This document shows positions 51,841 to 63,274 of a DNA stretch of 64,000 nt, piece by piece. Source of the stretch: Lingula anatina (Eukaryota > Animalia > Brachiopoda); NCBI GenBank assembly GCA_051362555.1, contig CM120642.1, forward strand, positions 31,806,001 through 31,870,000, in the 5' to 3' direction. The position numbers and the translations under genes were made by a program. The notes beneath the pieces were generated by a model, which did no database searches, was not told the DNA's origin, and saw only the letters and a list, made by a program, of their open reading frames with translations. Numbering within the stretch: position 1 is the stretch's first letter; every line of letters begins with the position of its first letter.

Positions 51841-53900
51841 CTATGCAATGCAAGTTGCGAAATTTAAAGTTTCTTTCTTAGATAGCTTGTTTTTAATAGT
51901 AAGAACAAACAACATAATAGGGTAAAGACACACCATAATGAGTGTTACGATCTCTATCCTATTGGGAGAGTCAATTGTTACCACGTGTGGGACACGCTCG
52001 TTCACCTTGACGACCTTTGCTTCTGGCTTGTCGATTACAGCATTAGTGATCAAACCCGAAGATTCAGATTTTGGCTTGCTTGCCTCAGTAATCAAACCCG
52101 ATACCTGAGATTTTGGTTGCCTGAGGAATGCTTTAACCGTGGTCTTTACAGCGGTATGCCGAATGGAGGAATTCCTCACACAAATGCCCAATTCGGCGCT
52201 GAAATAATACCCTGTAAAAGTGGTAATATAAATTACATTTAATTTCCCTCTTGATTTATATCAGTAGTTTCTCCATATCAAACCCTGCGACTTGAGTTAT
52301 TACGTCAGGCAAACCATACATTTTCCCTAGAGCATTTATCAGAAATATGACAAAAGATCGATGATTTTTTTTTAAGGTCATTGTATTAGTTGAATTTTCC
52401 ACCCATTAAATAGAAATAAAAGCAGTTTTATCATTACGACATATTTTTTTAAGCAGTGACGCTGTTAAGATATCATTAAGTCTATCATAATATTGCCAAA
52501 AAAATTGTCAAAACATGAACGTTGCAAAAATAAATACGTCTCAGAAATGTGTTCTAACGATAACTACCAAATATAAGATATCGTTCACATTTTTTTACCA
52601 AAGCGGGCGTCAAAAAAATCATTTAGAATTTAAAAAGCAAACTCGAGAAATCTGACGCCTCAAAAGATATGCATTTTTTCAGTGTTGAAATGGGTTTTTA
52701 CGCGACCGCGTATTTCGCGACGATTACATTTAAATCATTCTCATGTCTGTGTGAATCCTTCGTTTGTTTCTATCCTTTTACGGTTATATTTCTTACTTCA
52801 TATATTATTTAAATATGTTTTGAAATAAAAACCTTCCTGGACAAATTCCGATTTTTTTTTCGTTAATCGCTTATTTTTGCACACGCGTTTATTTTGGCAT
52901 GACACATGGGCCGATAATTAGGTGACATAGGGAACAGCTTCATAGGTTTAAGAAAAATTTACCTTTTTTGCAACTACCACATTCTACGTCATGATATACG
53001 TCACAAGGCTTCAGAATCACGCTGTTTTCGTAACACGCGCTGCATGGGAGACAGTCGCGTGAATCAACGTAGTCGTAGGAAAATGTTTTCCCATCTTCAC
53101 AAGGCGTACAAACCGTGTCATTGAAGCCAGAACACTCGACAAGGGTCCCATTACCTGGAGCACATCTGGTGCAGGGGACACATTTCCAGGCGTTTTCACC
53201 AACACTTTGTTTGAATTCGATAAATTCGTCACAGACCGGCTGGCTAATTAATGCAACGCATACCTGCACCTAAAATATTGCCAAGTAGTTCTAAGTTGGT
53301 AGTTAGATTTATGTGATTTACAGACAACTGTCTGACTTTTGGGATATGAGCGTGTCAAACTATGAAGTAAGGAAGAGATTACAACTGTAGAAACTGGTTT
53401 TTAGTAGGCCTAAAGCTGTCACGGGGTAATTATCTTTACCCCTACCTGATTCGGATAGCAATTTAGTGAGACTCCCCAAGGAGTTAGACCGATCCAGATG
53501 GATCGATCTAGGCATGGGAACCCAGACTAAGACCCCATGCCCAGAGATTAGATCGATCCACCTAGATCGACCTGACTCCCTGAAGTCTGGGGAATGCGCC
53601 CTAAGGCTGTATTCCCAGAGCTTTTAGATCGATCTATCCCCGCGGGGAGTCTCACTAGATAACTGTCAGATAATCCGGATAGGATCATTCCTTCCCAGTG
53701 GAAGGTTTGTTGAGGACAAGATAACGTCTTTCTCTTATTTTTCAAGTTGTTAATGAGAATCTGCGTGTCGCTGCCTTTTTCATTAATCCATTTTACTGAT
53801 TTCTGACAGCTTAAGTAAGTGCTTTTTAGTGCATTTTTAAACAAAATGACGTACTTACGACAACCAATAGTGTGCAAATGAAATCAAGATAGCCATCCAT
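51841..53900 (-). CDS. TNF receptor superfamily protein, 239 aa: signal peptide, 2 CRDs + partial third, stalk, TM, 17-aa tail
   Basis: Exons 53900-53859 (MDGYLDFICTLLVV|GTAAGT), 53269-52963 (CRDs: CVPCTRCAPG...C...DTVCTPC...CLPCSAC...PC...DVECGSC), 52211-51841 (GYYFSAELGIC..., TM IVTLIMVCLYPIMLFVLTI, tail KNKLSKKETLNFATCIA). 720 nt; phases 0 and 1 are compatible. Confidence 0.88.
53400..53690. mobile_element. MITE-like repeat in TNFR intron 1 (family of 5815-6088)
   Basis: Shared AATTTAG.GAGA.TCC...GATCGATCTAGG.ATGG motif; internal inverted arms TAGTGAGACTCCCC / GGGGAGTCTCACTA. Confidence 0.6.
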
Positions 53901-54982
53901 GTTTCAGTTGCTTCCCATGCAGGGACGGTACTCTCGCCTGTAAGCATGTGCTATTTCAACAGGACTGCAGTTTTACAAACAATTCTGTGTCATTTCTTCC
54001 AAGACAAATAACAATAAGCTAAACTTTGAACGGGTCGATTATATCCTCGAGATAACATGTACCTACATGAATATGAAGTGTAGGTACATGTTATCTCCTC
54101 GGTGTAGGTCCCAATTTTGCTATAAATGTCAAGGTTGATTTTAGAATCCAAATGATTATAGCAATATATATTTTTACATATTTACTTTATGCTGCTTTAT
54201 GCTACTTTTTTACCTTTTGGTAGTCGTTACAGATCCCTTTTTTCAGAGCTCAAGAAATTATCATCTTCTTTACTAATTATATCTCCTTCACATATTACAT
54301 ATTCTTAACCAAGCATCATATTAGCCTAAAACTTTGTTTAATTTATCAAATTACTGAATTCAAGTAAGGGCCCATTAACCGAAAATATAACTTCTAGAGC
54401 TAATACACATATCCTTTTTTTAAAATAGTTATCAAAATATTAAAAAAGCAAATACAATGTACACAGGTCCCCACAGATTACAACAATATTGTGTTTTATC
54501 AGAAAGCCCCCCCCCCCCCCCCCCCCACACACACACACAGAAATTAGTCCTAATCTATGTTTATTTTACCACAGATACCAATTTTAAAAAATTAACAGAT
54601 ACCACCCATACCATGCGGCGGAAACGAATGTCGTTTGACAAGGGTGCTAGTCTATTGATTTCCCAGGCACATTAAGTAATTTTATAAGCTCAGATGTAAG
54701 GAATAGGTGAAAATTGACGGTTTATTCGATATGCTTTTCACATTTTTCGAAATCTTTCCTCTAGATGCAGGAAATTTGCGGCTTTTCCCCATGTTTACGA
54801 AAACCCAAAACATCAAAGTAAGAATAGAATATAAAAGAGCCCAAAACTGCGCTTTCGTTCACATACAGTCTTACTGTTTAAAGCAGAATGGCTCGATGTG
54901 GTAGGGAATACAGGAGAGAAAATTTTGATTGTTGACAGGAATCGGTACCAAAGAGATCGCACAACATATTGTCTACATCAAC

Positions 54983-55246
54983 CAGTGGCGGATTAAGAGT
55001 GGGGGTCAGGGGGGTCCTGCCCCCCCCCCCCCTCGATTTCTAAAAAAATCCACCAATTGTCCCCTCTTAAAATTAGAATTTTGACTAGCTGAATCATACT
55101 TCTAAGCTGTACCAAATGGCACCGTCCGTCCTCTAAAATGCCAAAATGTTTTGGGACACTGTAGCGGGCCCCGGGCCCCATGCCAAGGGGGATGAGGGTA
55201 GGCTTTGCATCCACCCCCCCCTTTCAAATAATCCTGGATCCGCCTG
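54983..55246. mobile_element. MITE with 6-bp TSD
   Basis: CAGTGGCGGAT ... ATCCGCCTG termini, flanked by ATCAAC at 54977-54982 and 55247-55252. Confidence 0.8.
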
Positions 55247-55991
55247 ATCAACGGTAAGTATCCAATTACAGTTTAACGAAAATATAAATCAAAGAAGAGT
55301 ATTAATAAAATAAGGAAAAAACAAATTACATTGTGTTGAAAACATCCAATTTTATTTTATAAATTTAAAACATTTTTATAAAAATACAAAAAAACTTTTT
55401 ATACATTTCCTTTTTGGTGAACTTGATTATACATCATGCAATAATTACAAATTACAACCTATTTGCAGTATTTTCGATAGGGCTTTGTTTTCATTCCCAC
55501 TAGTGATGTTTCCTTTTGAAATGAAATAATTCACACTGAAGGAAGGCGTACTAAGGGGTCCTCTACAAGGGTCTCTGGTATTATAGCAAAACCAGTTGAC
55601 AATTTAGTAACAGATATCAGATTATGGGGATGCAGTATATTTTGAGTCTTTTTTACTTTTAAATTAAATAAAGTACCATAAAGTGCCTTTATGTGAACAA
55701 AAAAGGTTTAGAATAAATATGACAAAACTATGCACTATCTGCTTGGTAGATTTTACCTCTTTTGAACCACCCCATACTTACTCTTGAAACGGCAAACTAC
55801 CGTACTTACCATCTCCTCCGTCTATTGCTGATTTGGTCTGAGGACAGCGAGGGGAAGGCAGGGGCTTTTAAAAAGGTCCATATAAATTGTTATCCAATTC
55901 AATGTATCCTCTTTCCTTTTCACCAGACCATTTCAGTGACAACTTAAGTATTTGTTTTTGTGCATTTCTGAAACCAAAATGCCTTACTAAC

Positions 55992-56033
55992 CACAACTTA
56001 CAAGGTGCAAGTAAAATGAACATAGTAGTCCAT
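55992..56033 (-). pseudogene. Nonsense-mutated duplicate of TNFR exon 1
   Basis: Reads MDYYVHFTCTL*VV|GTTAGT versus MDGYLDFICTLLVV|GTAAGT; same 42-nt length. Flanks 55940-56170 align with 53810-54005. Confidence 0.85.
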
Positions 56034-56224
56034 GATTCAGTTGCGTTGCATGTCGTCTTTTTCTTTTTTTTTTTTTCGGGACGGTACTCTCGACTGTAAG
56101 CATATGCTACCCCGGTATTCCGACAGGATACTGCAGTCTAAATAAGTCTCTGTCATTTCTTCTAAGATATTAAACAGTAAATTATTTCCTTGGCCGCATC
56201 ACAAAGATGGCGCAAACCGAGATA

Positions 56225-59200
56225 ACGTATGTAAAGCCTCTCTTCTGGTCTTCAAATCAAGTTCGGTCCCTTGGTTCTAAACTGTTTACCAGAGGCTCTG
56301 TTCTGGTCCTACACCTGTTAATGTCCATCATGACGTGTTCTAACGTGTTCCCCAAACGTGTCCTTGGCTGACTCTATATTATGGTCTCCAATATTTGAGG
56401 TTTAAAACTTTGAGAGGCTACCAAAAAACGTACGTAAACTGAATGTTGGAAAGAAATGCATTTCAATTATTTAAATTGTATTATATTTGCTATAATATAT
56501 TCTCAGATTTTTTAAAGAACACAAAAGTTTTGCTGCGTGACTACCTTTAGGATGCCTAATACTACTAAAAAGTTTATGGCGTTCTCTGCTTCTTGTTTTC
56601 AAGACAGTTACATTCGTGGGTGATTGTGTGCATGTGTGTGTGTGTGGAGTGGGGGTGTACTCACTCACTCACTCGTTCTTTATTCCGTTTTAAGTTAGTA
56701 TAAGCTCTTATTTTCATATGGACGCGTTTATTCCCGTGAATTTCCTAAATGTCCACTGGACTGTCCACTGGACTGTCAAGAACTATAGTGATTCAGAGCT
56801 TATATAGGCACAGTATAATGGATTTTTACTGCATACGTTTTATAAATCTATTAATACTGCAATTTATGTAAAGAGTTCCCTAGAACGCCGTTCTCCCTTG
56901 GGCAAAATTAAAGGCTAACATTCCCGTTTCAATTTACCACTTCAAGGGAAAGATTCAGAACAGCGCCAATACTAATTAGAGCTTTTAAGCAGATTGTTGG
57001 AAGATTGTGTTAATTCGTTACATCTAAGCTTTGTCAGGGATTAATTTTTGGTTGGGGTTATGGTTTATGTTTAGTTTAGTTTAGTTTAGTTTATTTCACT
57101 GTAACATATGCATCCACTTGTGTGGATGAAAATGACAATATGAATACAATTTATGTGTCGATTATAATTGGAATGCCTTTGATAATTTTATAACCAAGAC
57201 TGTAATTTGCTATGTTTTATAACTGGAAGGAGACTGGAAGGATTCCTGTTTACATAAAAATTAACATACAATTAATAAAATTTTGGCTCAAAATATTACG
57301 CACAGACGAAAACAACCTACTCAAACAAGCATACCTAGATGAATTACATTATTACAATTTACTCACAACAAAAAGCCTGCCAAACCTGAACGATGATAAC
57401 CTGTCATGGAGTGAAGGTATTATGAAACTCTTGTTTGAAAACGGATTTGGAGATGTATGGCTAAAACAGAATCCTGACATAAATTTCCTAAGTATGTTCA
57501 GAGAACGAATCATAAGTGGGTACATACAAAACTGGCACAGTGAGCTTGAAGACAAATCCAAATCCAGAGTATATTGCCAATTCAAAAATACATTCAAAAA
57601 AGAAAAATATTTAGACCTTCTTCACGATACTGATAAAAGAAAAAACCTAAGCCGTTTTCGCACCAGTGGGCATAAACTTCACATTGAAACAGGCAGATAC
57701 AATAACACTCCTCGGACCGACAGAATATGCCATTACTGTTCTAAAGACAAAATTGAAGACGAAAAACACTTTCTCACAACATGCCCCCTATACAACGACC
57801 TGCGAACAATTTTATATAAGGTATTTACAAAACACGATACACATTTTGGCCTAAAAACAACGGATGAAAAATTTACTATAATTATGAAATGTCAAGAAAA
57901 AGAAACTCTTATTGCACTAGCTCAGTTTCTCTCCTCCGCTTTTGCTAGGAGGGATCTACAAGACAGTGCTGCACTCATCGGTAATTGAGTAATAGTAGTA
58001 ATAGAAACTTTTTTAAATAGTAAATAAGTAAATATCCTTACTCATTGTGATTGTTTAATAACATATTCACAAAAATTGTATTCATATTGTCATTTTCATC
58101 CACACAAGTGGATGCATATGTTACAGTGAAATAAACTAAACTAAACTAAACTATAATTATGTGTGAGGACTCGCACCAGACACGGGCATTTAATTTTGGT
58201 TGGTCTATATTACGGGCATGCATTCGACCGGCGGCAGAGTTGTGAATCAATCTACAGTATATTATTTTCAGTTTATATAAAAGTTACCTAAGTCCTGCAT
58301 AACGCTATCTAAAAAATTGGTCACTTTGTGACCTTTTAAAGCACAGCTACAAATGTAGACACTCCAACCCAATTAAGTTCGATGTGAGAAAACTTTCAAC
58401 AAAAAGTGATAATGTGAGCTACATATATTAAGATAAATATCGGAATAAAAATATGACACGTTCCATTAATTTTCACTGGCTTATGTTATTGTACCCTCTA
58501 ATAGGGAAAGCCGTCAGCAGTTATTTAAAGTAATGTGAAACATTCATAAAAACGTTATGCAAAACGTGAGCGGTTGGGATAAGTTAATTTACGCTCTCAT
58601 TTTTCATATGAAAAAAAAAATGAATATTTATTACAAGAGTTCAGGGTGGGAGGGGGGCATAAGGGCATAGCAACTAAATTATGTTATGAAATAACGATTT
58701 GAAATTTTAAAAAAAGTCAAGTTGAACCTTTCTACTGATATACTTTATCATGGTTCGGTTAAGAAGATATATACCCCCCCCCCCCCCCCCTGCCCACACT
58801 TATTTCAACCTGTAAGATTGGAAAGTCGGTAGTCTGGCTCGGGCAATAAAATCTTACTATCTCCACGTCTGGTTTCTATCAAGCGCGTCCAGAGCTTCAG
58901 AGCTTAAGACAAACATATTGCTCCTCGGGCCAGGAAATCTGGAGAAGGGGAGTAGAGGAACATGTCTTCTCAATATGGAAATCTATATATTTTTGGTAAT
59001 TTCCTTTGTAACATTTACGAACACTGTAAAATACCCTTTCTCAAATTAATATAATGTTCACATATTTCTGTAAATATCCTGAATTGAAATACTAATTTTA
59101 AATGTCAGATTTATGACGAGGGAGAGAGAGGTCAAGACATTCTGTAAATGTCCCGAAATATGGGAGAGTGTTATAAACTAAACACATCTTGGCAATAACC

Positions 59201-60039
59201 CGTAGCCAGTTAGACTGCTGAGTGGTTTACTTATTATGATCAACATTATTGTTTATATTTTTATTAATATCAAACAATTTTACTGTTTGCAGGTATACCT
59301 GTTTGGAACCTGTACTCTGCGCCATATAATAGCTAGCTATGGTGCAAAGTAGTGATATTGTAAAATCCTGCAATAAAATTTTCTTTAAATATTAAATATT
59401 AAGACATATAGGAAGCAGGGTTACCATATATGCTCGGAATTTTGTCGGAGAGGGAAATTTCTCGAGTTTGTTCACTGTCCTGTGAAGCCATATTTTGTAG
59501 CCTGAGATGCCGTATCCGTTACTTCGTGACCTGACCTGTCAAAAGCACGTCTGGGCGCTCTTTTCATCTTTCAATTCTTCCACATTAATCAAGATACGGA
59601 GTATCAATTACAAGTGCCGGGGAGGGGGGGGGGGAGGAAGAGGGAGCATGAAGGGAATAAATAACTATAAGTAGTATCCTTGCGACACAAGGTTACTCTG
59701 CAATTTATATCTTTCCATTTATGCTGTGAAATAATAGCCAGGTAGTCCGTTGATCTCGCGAATCAACCAAATGACCGTTAGTTGAGTTGCTTAACTGCAA
59801 GTAATTAATCCCCTCCCCTCCCCCGAAAGACATACTGGCAGGTTTCCAAATGAAGACTATACCGCAGAAAAAGTTTGGGGCCCAAAAGAGAGTCAGCCAA
59901 AGACACGTTTGGGGAACACGTTAGAACACGTCATGATGGACATTAACAGGTGTAGGACCAGAACAGAGCCTCTGGTAAACAGTTTAGAACCAAGGGACCG
60001 AACTTGATTTGAGGACCAGAAGAGAGGCTTTACAAACGT
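56225..60039. mobile_element. 3.8-kb segment bounded by 151-bp near-perfect inverted repeats (putative non-autonomous DNA transposon)
   Basis: 56225-56375 is the reverse complement of 59889-60039 with about 3 mismatches. No transposase ORF and no clear TSD seen. Confidence 0.7.
57070..58153 (+). mobile_element. 5'-truncated LINE (RTE-X-like C-terminus) with an inverted copy of its 3' tail at the 5' end
   Basis: ORF 57212-57988: ETGRIP...KFWLKI...LSRFRTSGHKLHIETGRY...RICHYC...EDEKHFLTTCPLYNDLR. 3' stem-loop CATCCAC-ACAA-GTGGATG, AATAAA and (CTAAA)n tail. 57070-57157 is the reverse complement of 58068-58153. Confidence 0.9.
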
Positions 60040-60075
60040 ACAGATCTGCAAGAACTAGTATTTAGTTTTTAACGA

Positions 60076-60765
60076 TCTCCTGCGCATGTCTATATAGGAC
60101 CTTGAACCATATAGAATGACATGTATTATGGGTCCAAATAGATGACATAAAAGAGTGCAGACTTTGTTTCCCCTTATCACCGGTATTATTGCACTGGTTG
60201 AACATTAAGTGGGCTATCTTTAATAAGTGTGTCACTTAAGAAAACTGGCCAGGGTCCAAAAATATCCCCAGCGGCTGTCAGGACATGTCACTGTGTTCAT
60301 ACTGCAGACTGACGCCATAAAATATTGATGAGAAGAAAATTCAAACCTGCATCTACAAGTACAAAGTATAAGTTATATACAACCTCCTGCGCATGTCTAT
60401 ATTGAACCTTAAACCTCGTATTGTGGGTTTAAGATTGGGCAAATTTAAGTACCAAATTTTAGAAAGGTGGACAAGACTTTTAAATTTTTTTTTCAACGTC
60501 TCTAACCAACACACTTCAATTTTGGTCATTATTTGACTCAATTTATCAGTTAAAAAGCGTTTCCCAAATAGATGAGATAAGAGTTCAGACTTTGTTTCCC
60601 CTTATCACCGGTATTATTGCACTGGTTGACAACATTAAGTGGGCTATCTTTAATAAGTGTGTCACTTAAGAAAACTGGCTGGGATCCAAAAACATCCCCA
60701 GTGGCTGTCAGGACATGTCACTGTGTTTATACTGCAAACTGACGCCATAAAATTTTGATGAGGCA
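60076..60765. repeat. Local direct duplication (~200-bp core x 2)
   Basis: CCAAATAGATGA...CAGACTTTGTTTCCCCTTATCACCGG...GACTGACGCCATAAAAT at ~60134-60330 and ~60564-60760. Confidence 0.9.
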
Positions 60766-61404
60766 AAATTTCCAATGTTAAAATATAATTATATACATAT
60801 TACATGTACACCAGCTAAAAGCACCTTAAGCCTTGAGTTGCTTATGATGTAAAAACATTTGTAATATGAAAAATAATTATGAACTATGGTCATGAAAGTA
60901 TAACTCGAATAGAAACGGGTGTGGGCTTCTGCTGAACTTTGGTGTCAAAATTTGTAAGATATGACGGTAAATAGCTGAGGCACAAGACACGAGTGCTGTG
61001 AGACAAGAGTTTCAGACAAGAATTCAGTGAATTCAGATAAGAGTTTAGCGTTAGTACACAACTTTTACGCCCCTTACAGGATTTTTGGGTTTATGGTACT
61101 TTCTATGACCAAAACACGGTTTGCTTCTTTATTAAAGCGAAGTGTATCGAGCATGCAGTGGACTACTGAGTATGCCGTTTTGATTGTGCCGTTGTAGTTT
61201 TGATAAAAGAATCACATTTTTATCAGGGTTTGTAAAATCAAGCATTAATCAACGTGGTTTCGAGTAACATTTTAATGCCAACTTATATTTGCATGTTTTT
61301 AAATGGAAAATGGTGAATTAACAGCTATTTCATGAAAAACAAACCTTATGTTGTGCACAAATGTATAAAAGAACTCCATTGAAATAGGGGGTCTCAGTTT
61401 TATA

Positions 61405-61571
61405 CAGGGGCGGATTTAGGCCGTCTTCTGGGTCTTCCGGAAGACGGTCAGATTTTCAAGTTTACATTGACGGTATCTATTTTTTTCTGTTGGAAGACAG
61501 TCAAAATTGGAGGATGAATCAACAAAGATAATTTGGAAGACTGTCAGTAAATAGCTCTGGATTCGCTCCTG
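61405..61571. mobile_element. MITE family, copy 2 (see 21655-21822)
   Basis: CAGGGGCGGATTTAGG...CTGGATTCGCTCCTG; internal match to 21655-21822. Confidence 0.8.
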
Positions 61572-61889
61572 TTATTTACATTTTTATCATGTCAGTTGCA
61601 CCGGCTCGTTATTGAGAAGTATAGTCTCTCCCGATGGGAAAAAAGCTCGTCTCCAGGCTTTTCTTTTTCTAAAGAATTATAAAACTCATTCACACTGTCC
61701 TCAATCTCTATGACTTAAAACTATTCCGCATTCCACTAAAATATTGTCTACATAACTCATCACCAACACATTTAAAACTATACAATAATTTTTATTTATT
61801 TCATATTATTTGTTGTTCTTGGTTTTGAAAAAAACCCACAATCCTACATGCATGTTCATCTCTGAGTGTATGATAATGAAACTTTAACT

Positions 61890-63274
61890 TCATGTGCTTT
61901 GTTTAGTTTCTGAACCAATAGATGGCAGCACTGTCTGATTTTGATTCTGTTGCTGCTGTTCCATTTGGGCCACTTGCTCCATCATGGCTTGCTGTTTTTT
62001 AGTCTGCACTTCCATGAAAATAGCCATGCCTCTGTGGTTCATTTTTACAAGTTTATCACAACAGCTGTGGATACAGCTTGCCTGAAATAATAGAATCAAA
62101 CATTTAACAAAATTTAAGAATACATAGTGTGACATGCTGTCACTGAACCACAACTGTATGATTCAAAGTTAATTGTGCTCAATGAATAAAATATTAGGTA
62201 GTCACCACTCAAAAAAAAAACTTTATCCTTCTAACAATTATGTTCTGTCTTTCAAAGAAAAAATGTATATTGACCATGATCCGTTCCAAGAAATAATTCA
62301 TATCAAGGAATGGATTGAGAATCTTACCAATTCACACAGTGGATATTATTTTTATTTTATTGTTATGTATGCTATCTGGGTGCATGTATTATAAACCTGC
62401 TTCAACCTTTTACTGCTGAGAGGTTTCTCTGGCATACTTACAACTTCACTGACTGTTATCTGTACTTACCTCATCTTTAGTCAACTGATTGTAGTTAAAG
62501 TTAGACACACAACGACTGAAGCAATTATCTGTCATTTGGTTGTAAATTGAAAAGAAGTCTCTGGACTGAAAAAAAATTCTGATACAATTAACCACATTTA
62601 TGTTTTTCTCCATTTTTTAAAAAAATTTTCAGTGGTGTTCATGTTTTAAAAAAGGGAAGTAATTGATTTCTTATAAATTTTTTATGATAAATGAGCTAAT
62701 TTTAAAAAATGGTACTTGTGCAGTATACCCTTGAATTATACATGGAAGTCTTTGGTTTTTTTCCTAAATTTATTCAGTTATTAGGTTACTTTCATCAATG
62801 TCTCTGCTATTCAAGTAAATCTATTTGTCATTAACTTGCTGGTTTTTTATTATATTGTACACTGTTGAAATGACCATGACTCCTATCATATCATCATGGG
62901 CTTAAACACATTAGAAAACATTACGAAAGTTGTTAAAATAATTCATCTGAAGAGCAGAGACAATGATCTACATAAATGAATGAAGAAAAACATTGAAATT
63001 CATACTTAATTATAAATTTGGTGAGGGGGTGGGGGGGGGGAACATACTGCATAAGTTCCAAAAAGAAGCCATTAAAATTACTTGATCTAACCAAAGCCTC
63101 CACATTTAAATAATGCAGGTTAGCTCCATGCCTAAAAACTGATTTGCATTACTTGGTGACAAAATCTATGATCACTGGTTAATGATCACCAAAAAATCTC
63201 TGTAATAAATTACTGGTACATACCACTCTCATTTGCTGGTCCAGCGATGCACTTTGCATCTGAGCAGCGTTCAT
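61890..63274 (-). CDS. TIMM10B: Mitochondrial small Tim chaperone TIM10B (Tim9b/FXC1), 112 aa
   Basis: Exons 63274-63224, 62565-62470, 62081-61890 (all phase 0). Protein [17 protein letters not shown]|[32 protein letters not shown]|[22 protein letters not shown]... has twin CX3C motifs and the RDF..YN.MT..CF.RCV / C.HSC..KL...NHR.MA pattern of TIMM10B. Confidence 0.9.

Larger units (their letters stand above)
31335..52960. repeat. Mosaic tandem segmental-duplication array (about 4 partial units)
   Basis: Matching blocks: 31335-32140 with 46270-47090; 35200-35600 with 47465-47885; 35640-36130 with 40290-40720 and 52390-52945; 36500-37260 with 41100-41860 and 47925-48670; GY gene plus flank at 32.6-34.57, 37.25-39.15 and 48.65-50.7 kb; 39080-40015 with 50660-52230. 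Confidence 0.92.
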
